DNA of 64,000 nucleotides from Cladosporium halotolerans (GCF_011745625.1 NW_027191483.1:186001-250000), one strand, 5' to 3'. Shown: positions 12,498 to 23,778, counted from the stretch's first letter. Made by a program: numbers and translations. The notes: generated by a model not told the origin, from the sequence alone.

Positions 12498-14035
12498 CTA
12501 TAGGAATACCATCAATGAGCCCAAGACCGCCAACATCCCAAGCGTAGAAACCGCGACGCGACCCGCTGCACCGGTGGAGGCCTCGCCCTCGGCAGCTTCG
12601 GAGCCTTCATCGCCTGCGCTTCCGCCATTGCCAGCAGTGCCATTAGCACCGCCACTCGAGGACCCAGCATTCGCCGCCGAGGAATTGACTGTCGCCATCT
12701 CGCCGACAGGAATATTAGCCAAAATGATATTCAAAGCGCTCAGATCCTGCCCAAGACCTTCCGAGCCGTCCCAGGTGCTGTTGCCCCAAGTGTTACCGCA
12801 AGTGGTACCACTCTCGCCGCCCGAGCACTGCATCGCAGCGCCCATTGCAGACTCCCGCAGCAGGAAGTCGATGCGCTCGTGCATGCTCCAGGCGGGCACC
12901 CTGCCGGCGTCGGAGACATTGGCAGGGTTAGAGATGTTGACGGGCCGGTCGTAGCTGAAAGTATTCTGGTCGTCGGTCAGGGCGAGGGTTTGCGCGAGGC
13001 TGCGGCCGAGGATGGCGCGGTAGGCGAGCTGGTCGGTGTTGCAGTTGCCCCGGGGCGCGCAGGCAACTTCGGTGAGGGTGCCGTTGGTGACGGCGCCGTG
13101 TTCGGGGTTCGCGAAGGTGGCGTTGAGGGCGCCGACGGTGGCTATCCAGCCCCTGTTGCCTGCTGTTTGGGTCTTGGGACTTGTTAGTGGATGGTTTGTG
13201 ATAAGTTTGGTTGGCGATGGGCTCTTACGTGGTTCCAAATGTACACTTCGCCGGCGAGGTAGCTTGCGATGTCTGCTGTCCATTGGATGTTATTGATGTC
13301 TGAGCAATTGTCAGACGTGCTGGAGCCATCATACACAGCCCCGGGCGTGGTGGAGTTAATATCGGCAATGAGGCCGACTTCGATAGACCACATAAAGACC
13401 CTTTCAGCCCAGTCTGAGTAGGTATCGTTGCCCGTGAAACGCGCGAGACGAGCAGCAAGCTGGTAAAAGTTGCTGTTGGACCTAGAATTCTTGTAGTCGT
13501 AGCCGGCATTGAACGCAAAGATCTGCCAGCGTAGTCCGCCGTTGCAGGAGCCCTCGTCCCACCGGGCAGCTTGGGCGTCGAATACATTCGTTGAGATCTC
13601 TTCCCAGGTCGTGTCCAGGCCCGATAAAGCGTCGGACGGGAAGCCGTACTCTGCCGCTGTCATGGCGGCCAACGCCCAGGTGGTCTGGTCATCATTGCCC
13701 AGTGTCTCTGCTTGATCCGCGGGAGCGAAATCGCGCGAGTCGCCGAGCTGGGAGCGCAGAGCCTGCCCGATGATGTCGTTGTACGAATCGTCGCCAGTCT
13801 GATGCCAGTAGTGGATCAAGGTGTCCCAGGCAAGGCCACTCTCCCAGAAGTAACACGGTTGTCCAAACAAGCCTGTAGTGTTCGTTCCGTTGGAGGAGTA
13901 GCGGCTCACGACACTCTCGGCGATTGTCTTTGCAGCATCGTTGATCGACTGCGTATCATTCAGGTCAAGGTCAATCGCCAAGCTGTGCCCTACGAGCAGA
14001 AGACCCGGAACCAGTGATGCTTTGGAAAGATGCAT
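12498..14035 (-). CDS. GPI-anchored GH76 alpha-1,6-mannanase/transglycosylase (DFG5/DCW1 family)
   Basis: Signal peptide. YFWESG, LGNDDQ (catalytic DD), CNGGLRWQIF, YKNS.SN, LAARLAR motifs. Intron about 13173-13228. Ser/Gly-rich linker and hydrophobic C-terminal GPI signal. Confidence 0.9.
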
Positions 14036-14888
14036 CGTTCAAACGACTAAATTGAGATATTGGTTGGTATAACAGTGGGGCCAAACCTAGAAGAGGGCAT
14101 GTTCCTATATATCACGGTCAACGGGCCGAAGGATTCGCTCTGCCCTGGTCATGAATCTCGTCTCTCCACGGCCGTGCGTCGAAGGATCGCGCTACGCGGC
14201 GCGTTCTTCTTCGGATGAGGCGAAGCAAATCTACAGACCCAATATTGGAGCGGTAAGCTCTTGGCCCGCTCGGCAAGCAAGCTGTGACTTCATGGCTCTA
14301 AATACGAGCTGCATTGTATATCGAGGAGCCTATTGGGCGGTCTGGTGGCGTTCCTGGACCACAGGATGAGACTTTGCTTGCCGCTGGATGTCACCGTCGT
14401 GCTTGCGTATTCGAAGCGGCAAGCAGGCAGCAGGATTATTGCTCGTCTCGTAGTAGGTAGGCTTCCTCCGCGGAACGTTTGCTGGTCATGTGGCTCGGAC
14501 TCGTCGTTGGCAGATCCCCTGCCAAGCACCATTCAACGGGGCGGCGGCAAGATGTTGCCGGAGTGCCATAGACCAAAGCAACAACATCAGGAGTTCTATG
14601 AAGCTGAAGTAGTGCTGATTAACTATGGGTAGATCTTGAAGGTATTTATCCGGAAGGACATCTGCCTTCCCGTGGTCAGTAATTGCTCAGAGTGCCTTGG
14701 GTAGGTCTGCGAACATATCTGCCTGAGGCCTCCACGCCAGTCCCAAAAGAGCCGTATGCGACTCCGAGGCTCGACGATGTCGGTAAATGTTACATTCGTT
14801 CTGTCACAGCTCGATCGGCCCTAAACACTTCCAACCACATCTACTCTACGTTACGCCTTCACCTCAGCCCCAGACCGAAAATCCAAAA

Positions 14889-15240
14889 ATGGGCACCGAA
14901 ACCAACATCCACAAGCTCTCCCAACCCGTCCCCGTAGCCGACACCCTCGCCTCGCAACAGAAAGATTACGACTGCACGCCCTGCCGGCTCATGGGTACTT
15001 GATTCACCCCCTTCGTACCTCCCCACGACCCCCCCCACTAACGTATTTCCTTACGCAGGCAGCGCAGCCTTCACCGGCCTCGGAATCTACAGCTACGCCT
15101 CGGGCATGTCGCAGCTGCGGCAGCGCGAGATGGAGATCCTCAAGAGCGGCTCGCGGGTGACGATGGGGATGCGGAAGGGCGGGATTTTCGGGCTGAGCGC
15201 GGTTTTGGTTGGGATGGGCGTTTACCGGTTGAAGTTCTAG
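14889..15240 (+). CDS. Small DUF4536 (DMAC1/TMEM261-like) membrane protein
   Basis: Two exons, intron 14995-15058 (GTACTT..CACTAAC..GCAG). Spliced protein MGTETN...DYDCTPCRLMGSAAFTGLGIYSY...GIFGLSAVLVGMGVYRLKF has a CxxC motif followed by two hydrophobic helices. Not assembled in the ORF track. Confidence 0.8.
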
Positions 15241-15991
15241 GGCAGTTGGCATGCGATGCGAAAGATGAAGGAAGACATACACTGGTTTGAGTGAGGCCTG
15301 AGGCCGAGGTCTGAGGGGCCGAATCGCATACCGGATTATGGATGAGGAAGGAATGAGGGTGCAGTACTGCCGGTCCGATACTCCAAGAGGATTACGCCCG
15401 AGTCCGCTACGGCACCGGGTCGAGAGGATGTGGTGCGAGAAGCCGCACAGGGGAGGTTCATGCAGCCGTGTGGAAAATCGCTAGGACGAAAGGTCGATCG
15501 GCATGCCACGCCACGGTCTCATAATCGACGAGGGGATCACGGATACCAGGAAGCCATTCAGGCCGGGTATCAAATCCGGCTTAACTCAACTCAACTCACC
15601 ACCGTGAAAGAACGTAAAAGAACATATCATCAAAAGACACCAAAGCGTGCCCATTACGACGTATCGCAATATAGAGTGGGTATTTACATTTAAGAAACCA
15701 GGTTCCCTCCCAACCCGGTGCCAGCTCACGATATGCACCGAATGCGTCTTCGTCCATTGCCATCCTCCTCCATGAAATGCGCGTCGCTCGACTTAACGCT
15801 CCACCAGAAATTCCCTTCGTGATTGATGATCAAAAAAACTCCCAACAAATGCATCGCTTGCAATCCTCTCGTGCGCGTCGTGACTCCATTGAACATGCAT
15901 GCAGTCTTGTCAGACTGGTGCCTGGTGTGTCGTGATTCCGTTTCCCCTCTTGACAAAAGAAATTCCTTGCTTGCTAGACGGCATTCGCAGA

Positions 15992-16825
15992 TCAGACGTG
16001 CCTTCCCTTCTTTCCTCCTCTGCCGCCGCCGTCTTTGCGGTTTGTGTCGTTTCCGTCAGGGTTCAGGCCGGAGATGTCGAAGAAATCTGGGTAAGGCATT
16101 TTGCGTTTGCTGCCGGCTCCGGAGCCAAGGTTGAAGTTGAATGTCGGGCCGGTTGAGGTGCGGTTGCTGTCTCGGTTGCGAGTGTGGCGGGATCTGGAGG
16201 AGGCTTTGGGCGCGACGCGAACTGTGTTGTTGGATGCTGGGTCCACGTCCATGGTTTGGCTGTCTTCCCGATTGTGGTTGGTGGGGTACGCCTGGGCGGA
16301 GCGGAAGGAGAAGTTTTCGAGAGCGGGTGCCGGTGTTGAAGTGGCAGGTGCGGCTTGGGTGGGCGTGTGGTTTTGATGCTGAGGTTGCGGTGCATGCTGC
16401 GGCGGCTCAGAAGCCCTTCTTTGCTGCTCTTCCTCCACTAGGTCGCTTGATGTCGGGTTTCCCATGGGCTTTCGTTGTACCTCCGGCGAGGAGCTCCTAG
16501 TGTCGGCGACTTCTTCTTTGCCACCATCGTCCTCATCCTCACTTGCCTTGGGACCATCATCGAGCCTCTCCGTTGCCCATCTTCGGACCCTCCAACCTTC
16601 ACCGTCCATCAAACCCAAGTTCTCCTTGTCCAAGAAGGCCAGCAGGTCGTCCAAGGCATCCTGATATCCGGCCTCGCGAGCGCGGGTGTTCTCGGCGGCG
16701 GCAGTCTTGTAGAGGTTGGTCACTGATAGGGCAGCGGCCTTGAAGTCCGATAGTAGTTGGTGGGTCTGCTCGTTTCGGCGGCGTGTAGTGGGCAGCGAGG
16801 AAGAGAGGTGACGCATAGAGTCCAT
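15992..16825 (-). CDS. Conserved fungal nuclear protein, HAPSTR1/C16orf72 (DUF4588)-like
   Basis: MDSMRHLSSSLP start in good context. Helical core LLSDFKAAALSVTNLYK...AGYQDALDDLLAFL, disordered C-terminus and basic NLS-like end. An upstream in-frame ATG at 17218 is probably not used. Confidence 0.7.
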   Translation of the reverse strand: MDSMRHLSSSLPTTRRRNEQTHQLLSDFKAAALSVTNLYKTAAAENTRAREAGYQDALDDLLAFLDKENLGLMDGEGWRVRRWATERLDDGPKASEDEDDGGKEEVADTRSSSPEVQRKPMGNPTSSDLVEEEQQRRASEPPQHAPQPQHQNHTPTQAAPATSTPAPALENFSFRSAQAYPTNHNREDSQTMDVDPASNNTVRVAPKASSRSRHTRNRDSNRTSTGPTFNFNLGSGAGSKRKMPYPDFFDISGLNPDGNDTNRKDGGGRGGKKGRHV

Positions 16826-17496
16826 GATGACGGAGCCAGCGGAGGCGTGGTACGAAATGCGGTCTGGAAGAGCTGGCCTGAGCTGGCCTGGTTGGCGTAG
16901 CCCGGTATCAGTTGGCGTGGTGCAGTGTTGGTCGGCCTGGACTATATTAATGCAGGCCCAGCGGAATGGGCGTGTGACACGGGATCTGCGCCGGACAGCG
17001 GGTGTTCGCAGGCGCCCGCTAGGTGCGTGCGGGTGAAAGAAGGGAATGCGGCCTCGGTTATTCCGGGAGATGGCAGGCCCCGGCGGGGTGATGCTGCAGG
17101 TGTGGCAGAGAACGTGTACTGTACAGCCGATGAGGCGTAGGAGTAATGGTACAGAGTAGAGAGCGCGCGTGGAGTGGTGTGTGCAATGGGCGTGGTGTTG
17201 GTCGTAGTGGCTCAGCATCCCGCCCGCAAGGTTGACAAAGAAGCTTCCAGGTGCAAGCGCGGGCGGCCTGCGCTGGCTGTGACTCGTCCAAGCCCGCCCG
17301 ACTGGCGGGACCGTCCGGCGGCCGCTGGTGGGGCTTGCCCAGGCATGTTGTCGTCACGCTCAAAACATCCAATTCCCTCTTGCCCATCCACCCATGCCGG
17401 CGCTTGACGTTGTCTGTGTGTCAGCACGGCCGCGTATGGACATTACCTGATATACCCGCCCATTTCCATCGCAAAGCCCTAACACAAGCACTCGCC

Positions 17497-19635
17497 ATGC
17501 CGTCTGTCACCTCCCTGGATTCGGACATGCGCAACTTGCGCCTGTCCCGCTACACCCCGCAGGCAGCAAACGAAGCGCGATCCTGGATTGAAGATACCCT
17601 TGGTCGCTCCCTACCTCCTGGCGATCTCCTGGCTGCACTGAAAGATGGCGTTGCACTATGTGAGCTCGCGAACCTGGCCTTACCGCCTCCTGGAATCAAG
17701 TTCAAGAAGAGCCAGATGCCCTTCATCCAGATGGAGAACATCAGCCATTTCCTCAAGGCATGCGAGATGCCCCCTCTCAACATGCCTTCGCACGATCGCT
17801 TCTTGACTGTTGATCTTTTCGAGGGAAAGGACCCTGCACAAGTCCTACAATGCCTGGGAGCCTTCTCGCGGCAAGCGAATGCCGCAAACCCTTCCACCTT
17901 TAGATCTACCATCGGACCAAAGAAATCTGGCGGCACGCTTACGCCGTCTGCTTCTGGTACTATCTCGTCGAATGCGTCCGGCTCCATGCGGCACAGCCCC
18001 TATGGCAGGCCTTCGAGTCCTGTCAAACCATCTGCCGCGATGCCTTCCCAGGGTCGCGCCATTTCCCCTGCCTTGACTGGTGGATCGAACGGTTCGCAAT
18101 CAGGCTCCGGCAAAAACACTGGACCGGTTTCTTCATGGAGCAGCAAGGCAGACGAGGGCGTCACCGCACCGGCTTGGAACATCGCGCAGTACGGTTTCAT
18201 GGGAGGCGCGTCGCAAGGGAATCAAGGCATCAGCTTCGGCGCAAGGCGGCAGATTACTAGTCAGTCGCCTACCGTACCCAGCTTTGCCGAGAAGGAGCGC
18301 AAGCGTAAGGAGAAGGAAGAGGAAGAAGCACGGTTGAAGCAGCAGTCGGAAGAAAACGAGCACAAGCGTCGGGTGGAGAGGGAGGCCGAAGAGGAAAGGG
18401 AGAAGGCAGAGGAGGAGAGGCGCTGGGAGGAAGAGACTCAACGTCATCGTGAGGAAGAACGCCGAAGAGTTGAGGCTCAGAAGCGCCAGTGGGCGGAACA
18501 GGAGCGCAGGTGGCAACGGGACGACGAAGAACGCAAAAAGGAAGATGCCGAGATTCAGCACTTGATGAAGAAGAGCGAGACGCCTGGGAAACCGGCATCG
18601 TCTTCAAGTAGCATTTTGCGGGGTCAATCGCTGGCAGATTACCAACGAGAGCAACGTGCGTTGGGCGGCGACACAGACGGCCCTGTTGAGACCCCCGAAG
18701 GAAAGCGTGTCAGGGAGTTGGAAAAGCAGCTGGAGGAAGCTCGAGAGCGCGAACGGCAGTATCAAGCAGAGCGAGAAGAAAAGCTCCGCTCTGGAAAGGA
18801 TTGGTCACGGCCTGGAACAGCGCAGACGGATCGACCGTCAAGTGCGCAGCAGAGCGAGGCCAGCTGGACCGGCGACGAAAGGGAGTATTTGCGAGGTCAG
18901 TGGCAGGCAAACCAGGATCGCTCAGCCGGGAGCGGTGCAGCGAGACAGGGGGAAACACGTGCGCCACCGTCGCTGCCATCGCGCCCCCTCCCTGAACCGG
19001 AACCTGTATTTACAGCAGACGAGTCACTTGATGAGCCTGAAGAGCGCCCTACGCCGACTCTTCCGACACGGTCTTCTCAGCCTCTCCAAATATCCGATTC
19101 GAGCAATTCCATGCCGCATTACGACCCGTCGAGCGCACCAACCTCCTCACCAATGGGTAGCGGCAACCGCCCTCTACCGTCTCCACAGCCCAAAGAGTAC
19201 GAGCCATACAGTCCGCCTCAGCAACGCCAGACCCGCACAGAGACCTACCTTTCCGCCAACCCTGCCCCTAAGCCTATGGGACCGCGCGTTTCCGCATCGG
19301 CTGAGGCAGGAGATACTGCTCTCGAGCAAGCTGCAGACCGCGACCGCCGTATTGCCTCCCAGCAAAAGACGAACGCCGGCGGTTGGGCGTCAAAATCTCT
19401 GCTCGAGCGCGAGATGGAACGTGAGAGAGAAAGGCAGAGGGAGTGGGAACGCGAGCAGAAGGAGACCGCCGACAGGAAGAAGGACCCGAGCCAGGGTTCC
19501 GGCGAAGGTCAGAGCTGGGATGTGAACCAGTATGGTTACACGGGCGGCGACAGCATGAATAGAGGCAGCTCGTCAGGGAGCGGCATCGCCATGGGAGGCA
19601 GGCGGCAGATCATTGGCCCGAGGCCGCAGAAATAG
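17497..19635 (+). CDS. Calponin-homology (Scp1/transgelin-like) actin-binding protein with long C-terminal extension
   Basis: CH domain (LKDGVALCELAN, FIQMENISHFL, FLTVDLFEGKD), calponin-like repeat QYGFMGGASQG, E/R/K coiled coil, Pro-rich motifs and a second QYGYTGG repeat at the C-terminus. Confidence 0.88.
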   Translation: MPSVTSLDSDMRNLRLSRYTPQAANEARSWIEDTLGRSLPPGDLLAALKDGVALCELANLALPPPGIKFKKSQMPFIQMENISHFLKACEMPPLNMPSHDRFLTVDLFEGKDPAQVLQCLGAFSRQANAANPSTFRSTIGPKKSGGTLTPSASGTISSNASGSMRHSPYGRPSSPVKPSAAMPSQGRAISPALTGGSNGSQSGSGKNTGPVSSWSSKADEGVTAPAWNIAQYGFMGGASQGNQGISFGARRQITSQSPTVPSFAEKERKRKEKEEEEARLKQQSEENEHKRRVEREAEEEREKAEEERRWEEETQRHREEERRRVEAQKRQWAEQERRWQRDDEERKKEDAEIQHLMKKSETPGKPASSSSSILRGQSLADYQREQRALGGDTDGPVETPEGKRVRELEKQLEEARERERQYQAEREEKLRSGKDWSRPGTAQTDRPSSAQQSEASWTGDEREYLRGQWQANQDRSAGSGAARQGETRAPPSLPSRPLPEPEPVFTADESLDEPEERPTPTLPTRSSQPLQISDSSNSMPHYDPSSAPTSSPMGSGNRPLPSPQPKEYEPYSPPQQRQTRTETYLSANPAPKPMGPRVSASAEAGDTALEQAADRDRRIASQQKTNAGGWASKSLLEREMERERERQREWEREQKETADRKKDPSQGSGEGQSWDVNQYGYTGGDSMNRGSSSGSGIAMGGRRQIIGPRPQK

Positions 19636-20407
19636 GATGGTCGAGATGGTGGTCGCAGATGGTGGAGGCAGCAGACAATAGCGGGCGATTTTGAATAGAC
19701 ACTTAAATTATTGTAATGCAATCACGAGAGTGAAATCGAGTAGCCTTCTGCAACAATACCGGGAGACAAAATTCCTGTCGGCAGGCGGCACACGACAAAG
19801 GACGAGCGGTGGCTGAAGATTAGGCTCATCCCGACGTGTTTGGACTAGACAAAGAGCGGCGGCGCCAAGTGGAGCGTCCCCAATCTAACAGCCCTGCAGG
19901 CCGCCATCGCGTTTCGGCTAGCAGCCTCAGCAGCCAACGTCGCAGACTCCGTCTCCATCCGCTGCGCCCTGCGTGTGCGACTCCACCAGCCTGAGGCCTC
20001 GACCGGCGCTGCTGCGTTCAACTCACCTGACTGCCACACCACGCTCGCCTCACTACTACACTCCCACCACCGGCCCAACTACCGTCACTCGCTACTACTC
20101 CACGATCCTTACCCCTCATCGCAACATCATCCGCCTGCACGCCAGTCGATAGCGCCGCGGAGAGACAGCACCCGGCCCCGGATTGCGACGAGCACACTCC
20201 ATACGCCGGACGCGCAAGCTGCAGACATCCGCTTTCTTCACGGATTGACATTGCGCACAACGGCGCCCTAAACACGAGGGATAGCCTCTCGACTGTTCTC
20301 ATCTCCTTTACAACTCACCACTCAGCCCAGGCGGCCACACAGCGAGCGCGGCTGGCTCGCGGCTTTGCCATCTCTACCCCATCACTCCACCGGACACATT
20401 CTCCGAC

Positions 20408-21880
20408 ATGGCCCTTTCAGACGTCCCAGTGACCCGCCGGTCAATCACCATCTCTTCCGAAATCGAAAGGACCCTTCGCACCGTCTTCAAGCGCTGCGTC
20501 AGCTGTCCCGACGAAAGCCCATCCTGCCCGCCATGCAGCAAGAACGAGATCTGCTCTCTAGTCCCCGCGGATTGCAACAGCTGCGCTTCCATGGTATGCG
20601 TCGATAACCCCAGCCCATCGCCTTCGAGCTCTGGACCGAATGTTGGCGCTATTGCGGGCGGTGTTGTCGGCGGTATCGCATTCGTCGCCATCGTTGTGTT
20701 CCTACTTTGGCGCTTCCACATCAAGAAGAAGAGGGCGCAACAGGAGCTGGAGGCAGAAGAGTGGGAAGGAGACGATATCGCACAGCAAAAGACCACGCAT
20801 TCATTCCAGGCCATGCACCAGGATGCCGCCTCAACAAGGACGAGAGGCTCGCTTTCAAACAGCATCATCAGCCGCATGAGCAATGTCATTCACATTGCAT
20901 ACATCCCCGGTGTCACCAACAGAAATGGCAACGGATCTTCTCACAACAGCATGACGCCTGTGCCGCCTATCCCTGCAGCTCGCCGCGATCTGGCTCGCTC
21001 TCCCCTTGCCAACGACGATGGCGCACTGTTCTTTAGGCCCGGCGATCTGCGCGACAGCACATATTCTGGATCATCAGACTTCACCGACCGCCGCGATACC
21101 CAATATACTCGCGCCTCTATCACACCTTCCCTTGCCCGTTCCTCTATCGCTTCCGGTATCTACACCAACAATGTCGACCCCATGCCTGCGCAGCAGGTTG
21201 TCCGCGCCGCACCTCGCATGGTCTCCGTGAAGACCTCAGCCTCGCAGTCTCCTCAGTCCGAAAGCCCCGGCTCCGCTTCTGCAAACGCACCCACATCCTC
21301 ACCAGAGAACGCTCAATTCGCAGCTGCGGCAGGCATGAACAAACCAGTGCAAGTCATGATGCCTGGTCAGGCCGCGAAATCCGGCACCGGCTCAGTAAAA
21401 AGCAATGCATCCTTCGGCAAAGCGCAGCAGATCACAGTCGCTGGCGGCAAAGGCAAAAAGCCCGTTTCCCGCGAAGGGAGCCAGTCCAGCAAGCACGCCC
21501 CCAACGTCTCCTCCCCGCTCGCCGAAGCCGAAACAACTGAACCCGCCCAGCTGAGCGTCATCAAAGACCGCTCGCCCACCTCCCTGTCACCCATCAACGC
21601 CTCTCCCGCCAGCCAACCGGCCAACAGCCCCTTCTTCGACGCGACCGAAGCTCCCTCCGCACTCCCCTCCGCCACCCCGCGACCCAACCCCTACGCCTCC
21701 ATGGCCTCCAGCGTCACCCGCAGCCGCGAAGACAGACCTCGCCGTGGCTCGCGTGGCCCGGGAGGTTTGAGCGCCGTCATTGAAGAGGCCACTAAGAGGG
21801 CTTCGCAAGCTGCCAACCACGACGGTCTGGGCGGACAGAGGGACTCCAGCCCGTTCAGCGACCAGAATCGCATCAATTAG
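20408..21880 (+). CDS. OPY2: Opy2-like plasma-membrane anchor (HOG/MAPK signalling)
   Basis: Eight-Cys domain CVSCPDESPSCPPCSKNEICSLVPADCNSCASMVC, single TM helix (IAGGVVGGIAFVAIVVFLLW), conserved SNVIHIAYIPGVT and Ser-rich tail. Confidence 0.88.
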   Translation: MALSDVPVTRRSITISSEIERTLRTVFKRCVSCPDESPSCPPCSKNEICSLVPADCNSCASMVCVDNPSPSPSSSGPNVGAIAGGVVGGIAFVAIVVFLLWRFHIKKKRAQQELEAEEWEGDDIAQQKTTHSFQAMHQDAASTRTRGSLSNSIISRMSNVIHIAYIPGVTNRNGNGSSHNSMTPVPPIPAARRDLARSPLANDDGALFFRPGDLRDSTYSGSSDFTDRRDTQYTRASITPSLARSSIASGIYTNNVDPMPAQQVVRAAPRMVSVKTSASQSPQSESPGSASANAPTSSPENAQFAAAAGMNKPVQVMMPGQAAKSGTGSVKSNASFGKAQQITVAGGKGKKPVSREGSQSSKHAPNVSSPLAEAETTEPAQLSVIKDRSPTSLSPINASPASQPANSPFFDATEAPSALPSATPRPNPYASMASSVTRSREDRPRRGSRGPGGLSAVIEEATKRASQAANHDGLGGQRDSSPFSDQNRIN

Positions 21881-22287
21881 ACTGGGCTATTTGGAGGGCA
21901 AGAAATTTCACTTGACGGATTCGTGAGCGGGCCTCGGGATTTTTCGTGGAGAGGGAATATTTTTATGAGCTTATGTCTAGTCTAGCTTTTCCTTATTGGT
22001 TTGCTATCTCCTTGGTCGGTTTTTGTTGATGTCCTGTTCTCATGCACACGCCGCCGCGAACCTACCGCGGCCGCGCCCATTCACGAAGTCTTGCCCACGC
22101 GCATGCCATTTTGGTCTTTTTCTGTCTTTTCCCTTTCGGTGACCGGAGTTGCAATTATCTTCATCCCAGCGGGCCAGCCAATCGCGCCGCTCATCCTCTT
22201 CTTTACTTTCTCCGGAGGATGTAGAACGTAGGGTCTTCATCCTCAAACTACCACACTTTACATTCTCACGCCAAATCCCATCTCATC

Positions 22288-23297
22288 TCACCTCTCTCCA
22301 TCTATTATCAACTTAATACCTCCCTCAGATATCATAAACCCAAACCCCCTCCCCCTGCCCTCTCTTTGCTCAATCGCCCTCGCCTCCCATCCCGATCCCT
22401 CAACCGCCCGCTGCCGGTCGCCGGCTTCGCGGAGCGCTTCGGTCACACTGTAGGTCGGAGGGAACGGGCGGACGGGGTTGCGCTTGAGCGCCAGGCGGAG
22501 AGTTGGACGGATACCCGTCGCTGGCGGGGAATGCGTTGTGTAGACTAGGGGCGCAGCGAGGGCGGCGGTGGCGGTTTTGAGGGCTGTGGCGAGAGTCGGC
22601 TGCGCGGGCGGCGGAGCTGTAGGGGGAGTGGCCTGCGTTTGCGGGTGTTGTTCGGCGAACAAGCGGTCTTCGTCCGCGGCGCGCGCTTGCCAGTTGAAGG
22701 CTGTTGCGGAGTCGAGGGCTATGAAGGCGAGCGCGCGGTGGGTCGAGGGGTGGGGTTTTGTGAGGAGGTAGGTTGGGAGGGAAGCGATGGTTGAGATGAG
22801 AGAAGGGAGGGATTGTGGGCGGAAGACGTGCAGGTGTGTGAGGGCTGTTTCGATTGTCGAGGCGGGTTCGCTGGGTGGGAGGTGCTGGCGGAGTTGCTGC
22901 GCGAGGCGCGAGGCGGAGAAGGTGGAGTCTGTGTCGAGGAGGGCGACGCAGGCGGATTTGCCGCCGTGGTGGGTGGGCAGGAGGGCGAGGGCGATGAGGT
23001 GGGTGAGGAACGCGGTTGTGCCGCTGCCTGGATGGTGGGAGGTGAGTTCGAGGTTGGGTTGGGTTTGGGGTTGGTTTGATTCGGTAGGGTTGGCTGTGTG
23101 TAGCAGTCGGTCGAGGGTTGGGAGGTTGAAGTATTGCGGATCGGGATTGTGTCGTAGTCGTAGTGTGTGTAAGATCTGCGAATGCTGTTAGTTCACTTCA
23201 CCTTATGGTACCATTGGGGGGTTGACACGTGACCGACCTCGTCTAGCCCCACCTCTTCAACCTCCGCTAGCAAGCGCTTTCCCATTTCTGCTGCCAT
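22288..23297 (-). CDS. XRCC2: XRCC2-like Rad51 paralog
   Basis: Manually assembled: exon 1 MAAEMGKRLLAEVEEVGLDE, intron 23176-23237 (GTCGGT..ACTAAC..GCAG), exon 2 ...LELTSHHPGSGTTAFLTHLIALALLP..GGKSACVALLDTDSTFSASRL..LTHLHVFRPQS..AFIALDSATAFNW, continuous with ORF 22288-22662. These are RecA/Rad51-paralog fold motifs. Confidence 0.8.
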
Positions 23298-23406
23298 TTT
23301 GACCTCATCAATTCGTACCCAAAGAGTGTCTCATTGACCCATCGTTGAAACCGTCGGCGCGTGTCTTGCGGTCGCCGGACGTTGTCACAATCAACGAACG
23401 GCCGAG

Positions 23407-23758
23407 ATGGCACCTCTCGTCGAATCCTTCCCAGCCTCACAGCTCACCACACGCGTCCAATACGTGGCAAACGGCCAACGACGAAAGCCACCTGTCGACC
23501 TGAAAGAATGCGAGCTCATGCAGATGATCCAGCACCGTTGTGATCTGGACGGGCCAAGGTTCGATCCGAGGAGCAAAGTCGTCTGCGATCCTGTTCTGAG
23601 ACTATTCCGGAAGTGAGTGGGGATGACTTGCTGAAGCTGCACTATCGACGATGCGCGATGCTGACGACGGCGATAGGTGCTCAGACAAGCTGACTGTTGA
23701 GACGACGGATTGGGAGGATATTTGGGACGGGACAACCCCCACGCCAAAAGAGAAGTGA
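23407..23758 (+). CDS. SOM1: Mitochondrial inner-membrane peptidase accessory subunit Som1
   Basis: MAPLVESF..DLKECELMQMIQHRC..VVCDPVLRLFRK, intron 23613-23676 (GTGAGT..GCTGAC..ATAG), then CSDKLTVETTDWE. Cys spacing and the ETT.W motif match the Som1 family. Confidence 0.82.
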
Positions 23759-23778
23759 GGTGAGGTGAGGTGAGGTGA
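23755..23778 (+). repeat. (GTGAG)n pentanucleotide microsatellite, ~4.8 copies, overlapping the SOM1 stop codon
   Basis: gtgag gtgag gtgag gtgag gtga read directly. Confidence 0.9.

Noticed and set aside
16826..17496. Long in-frame upstream extensions of the HAPSTR1-like (ATG 17218) and calponin (GTG 17251) ORFs
   Set aside because: The translations look non-protein-like and would consume the shared divergent promoter. Explained by high GC.
23545..23580. GGTTCGATCC tRNA T-loop-like motif
   Set aside because: Lies inside the SOM1 coding exon, with no cloverleaf or A-box context.
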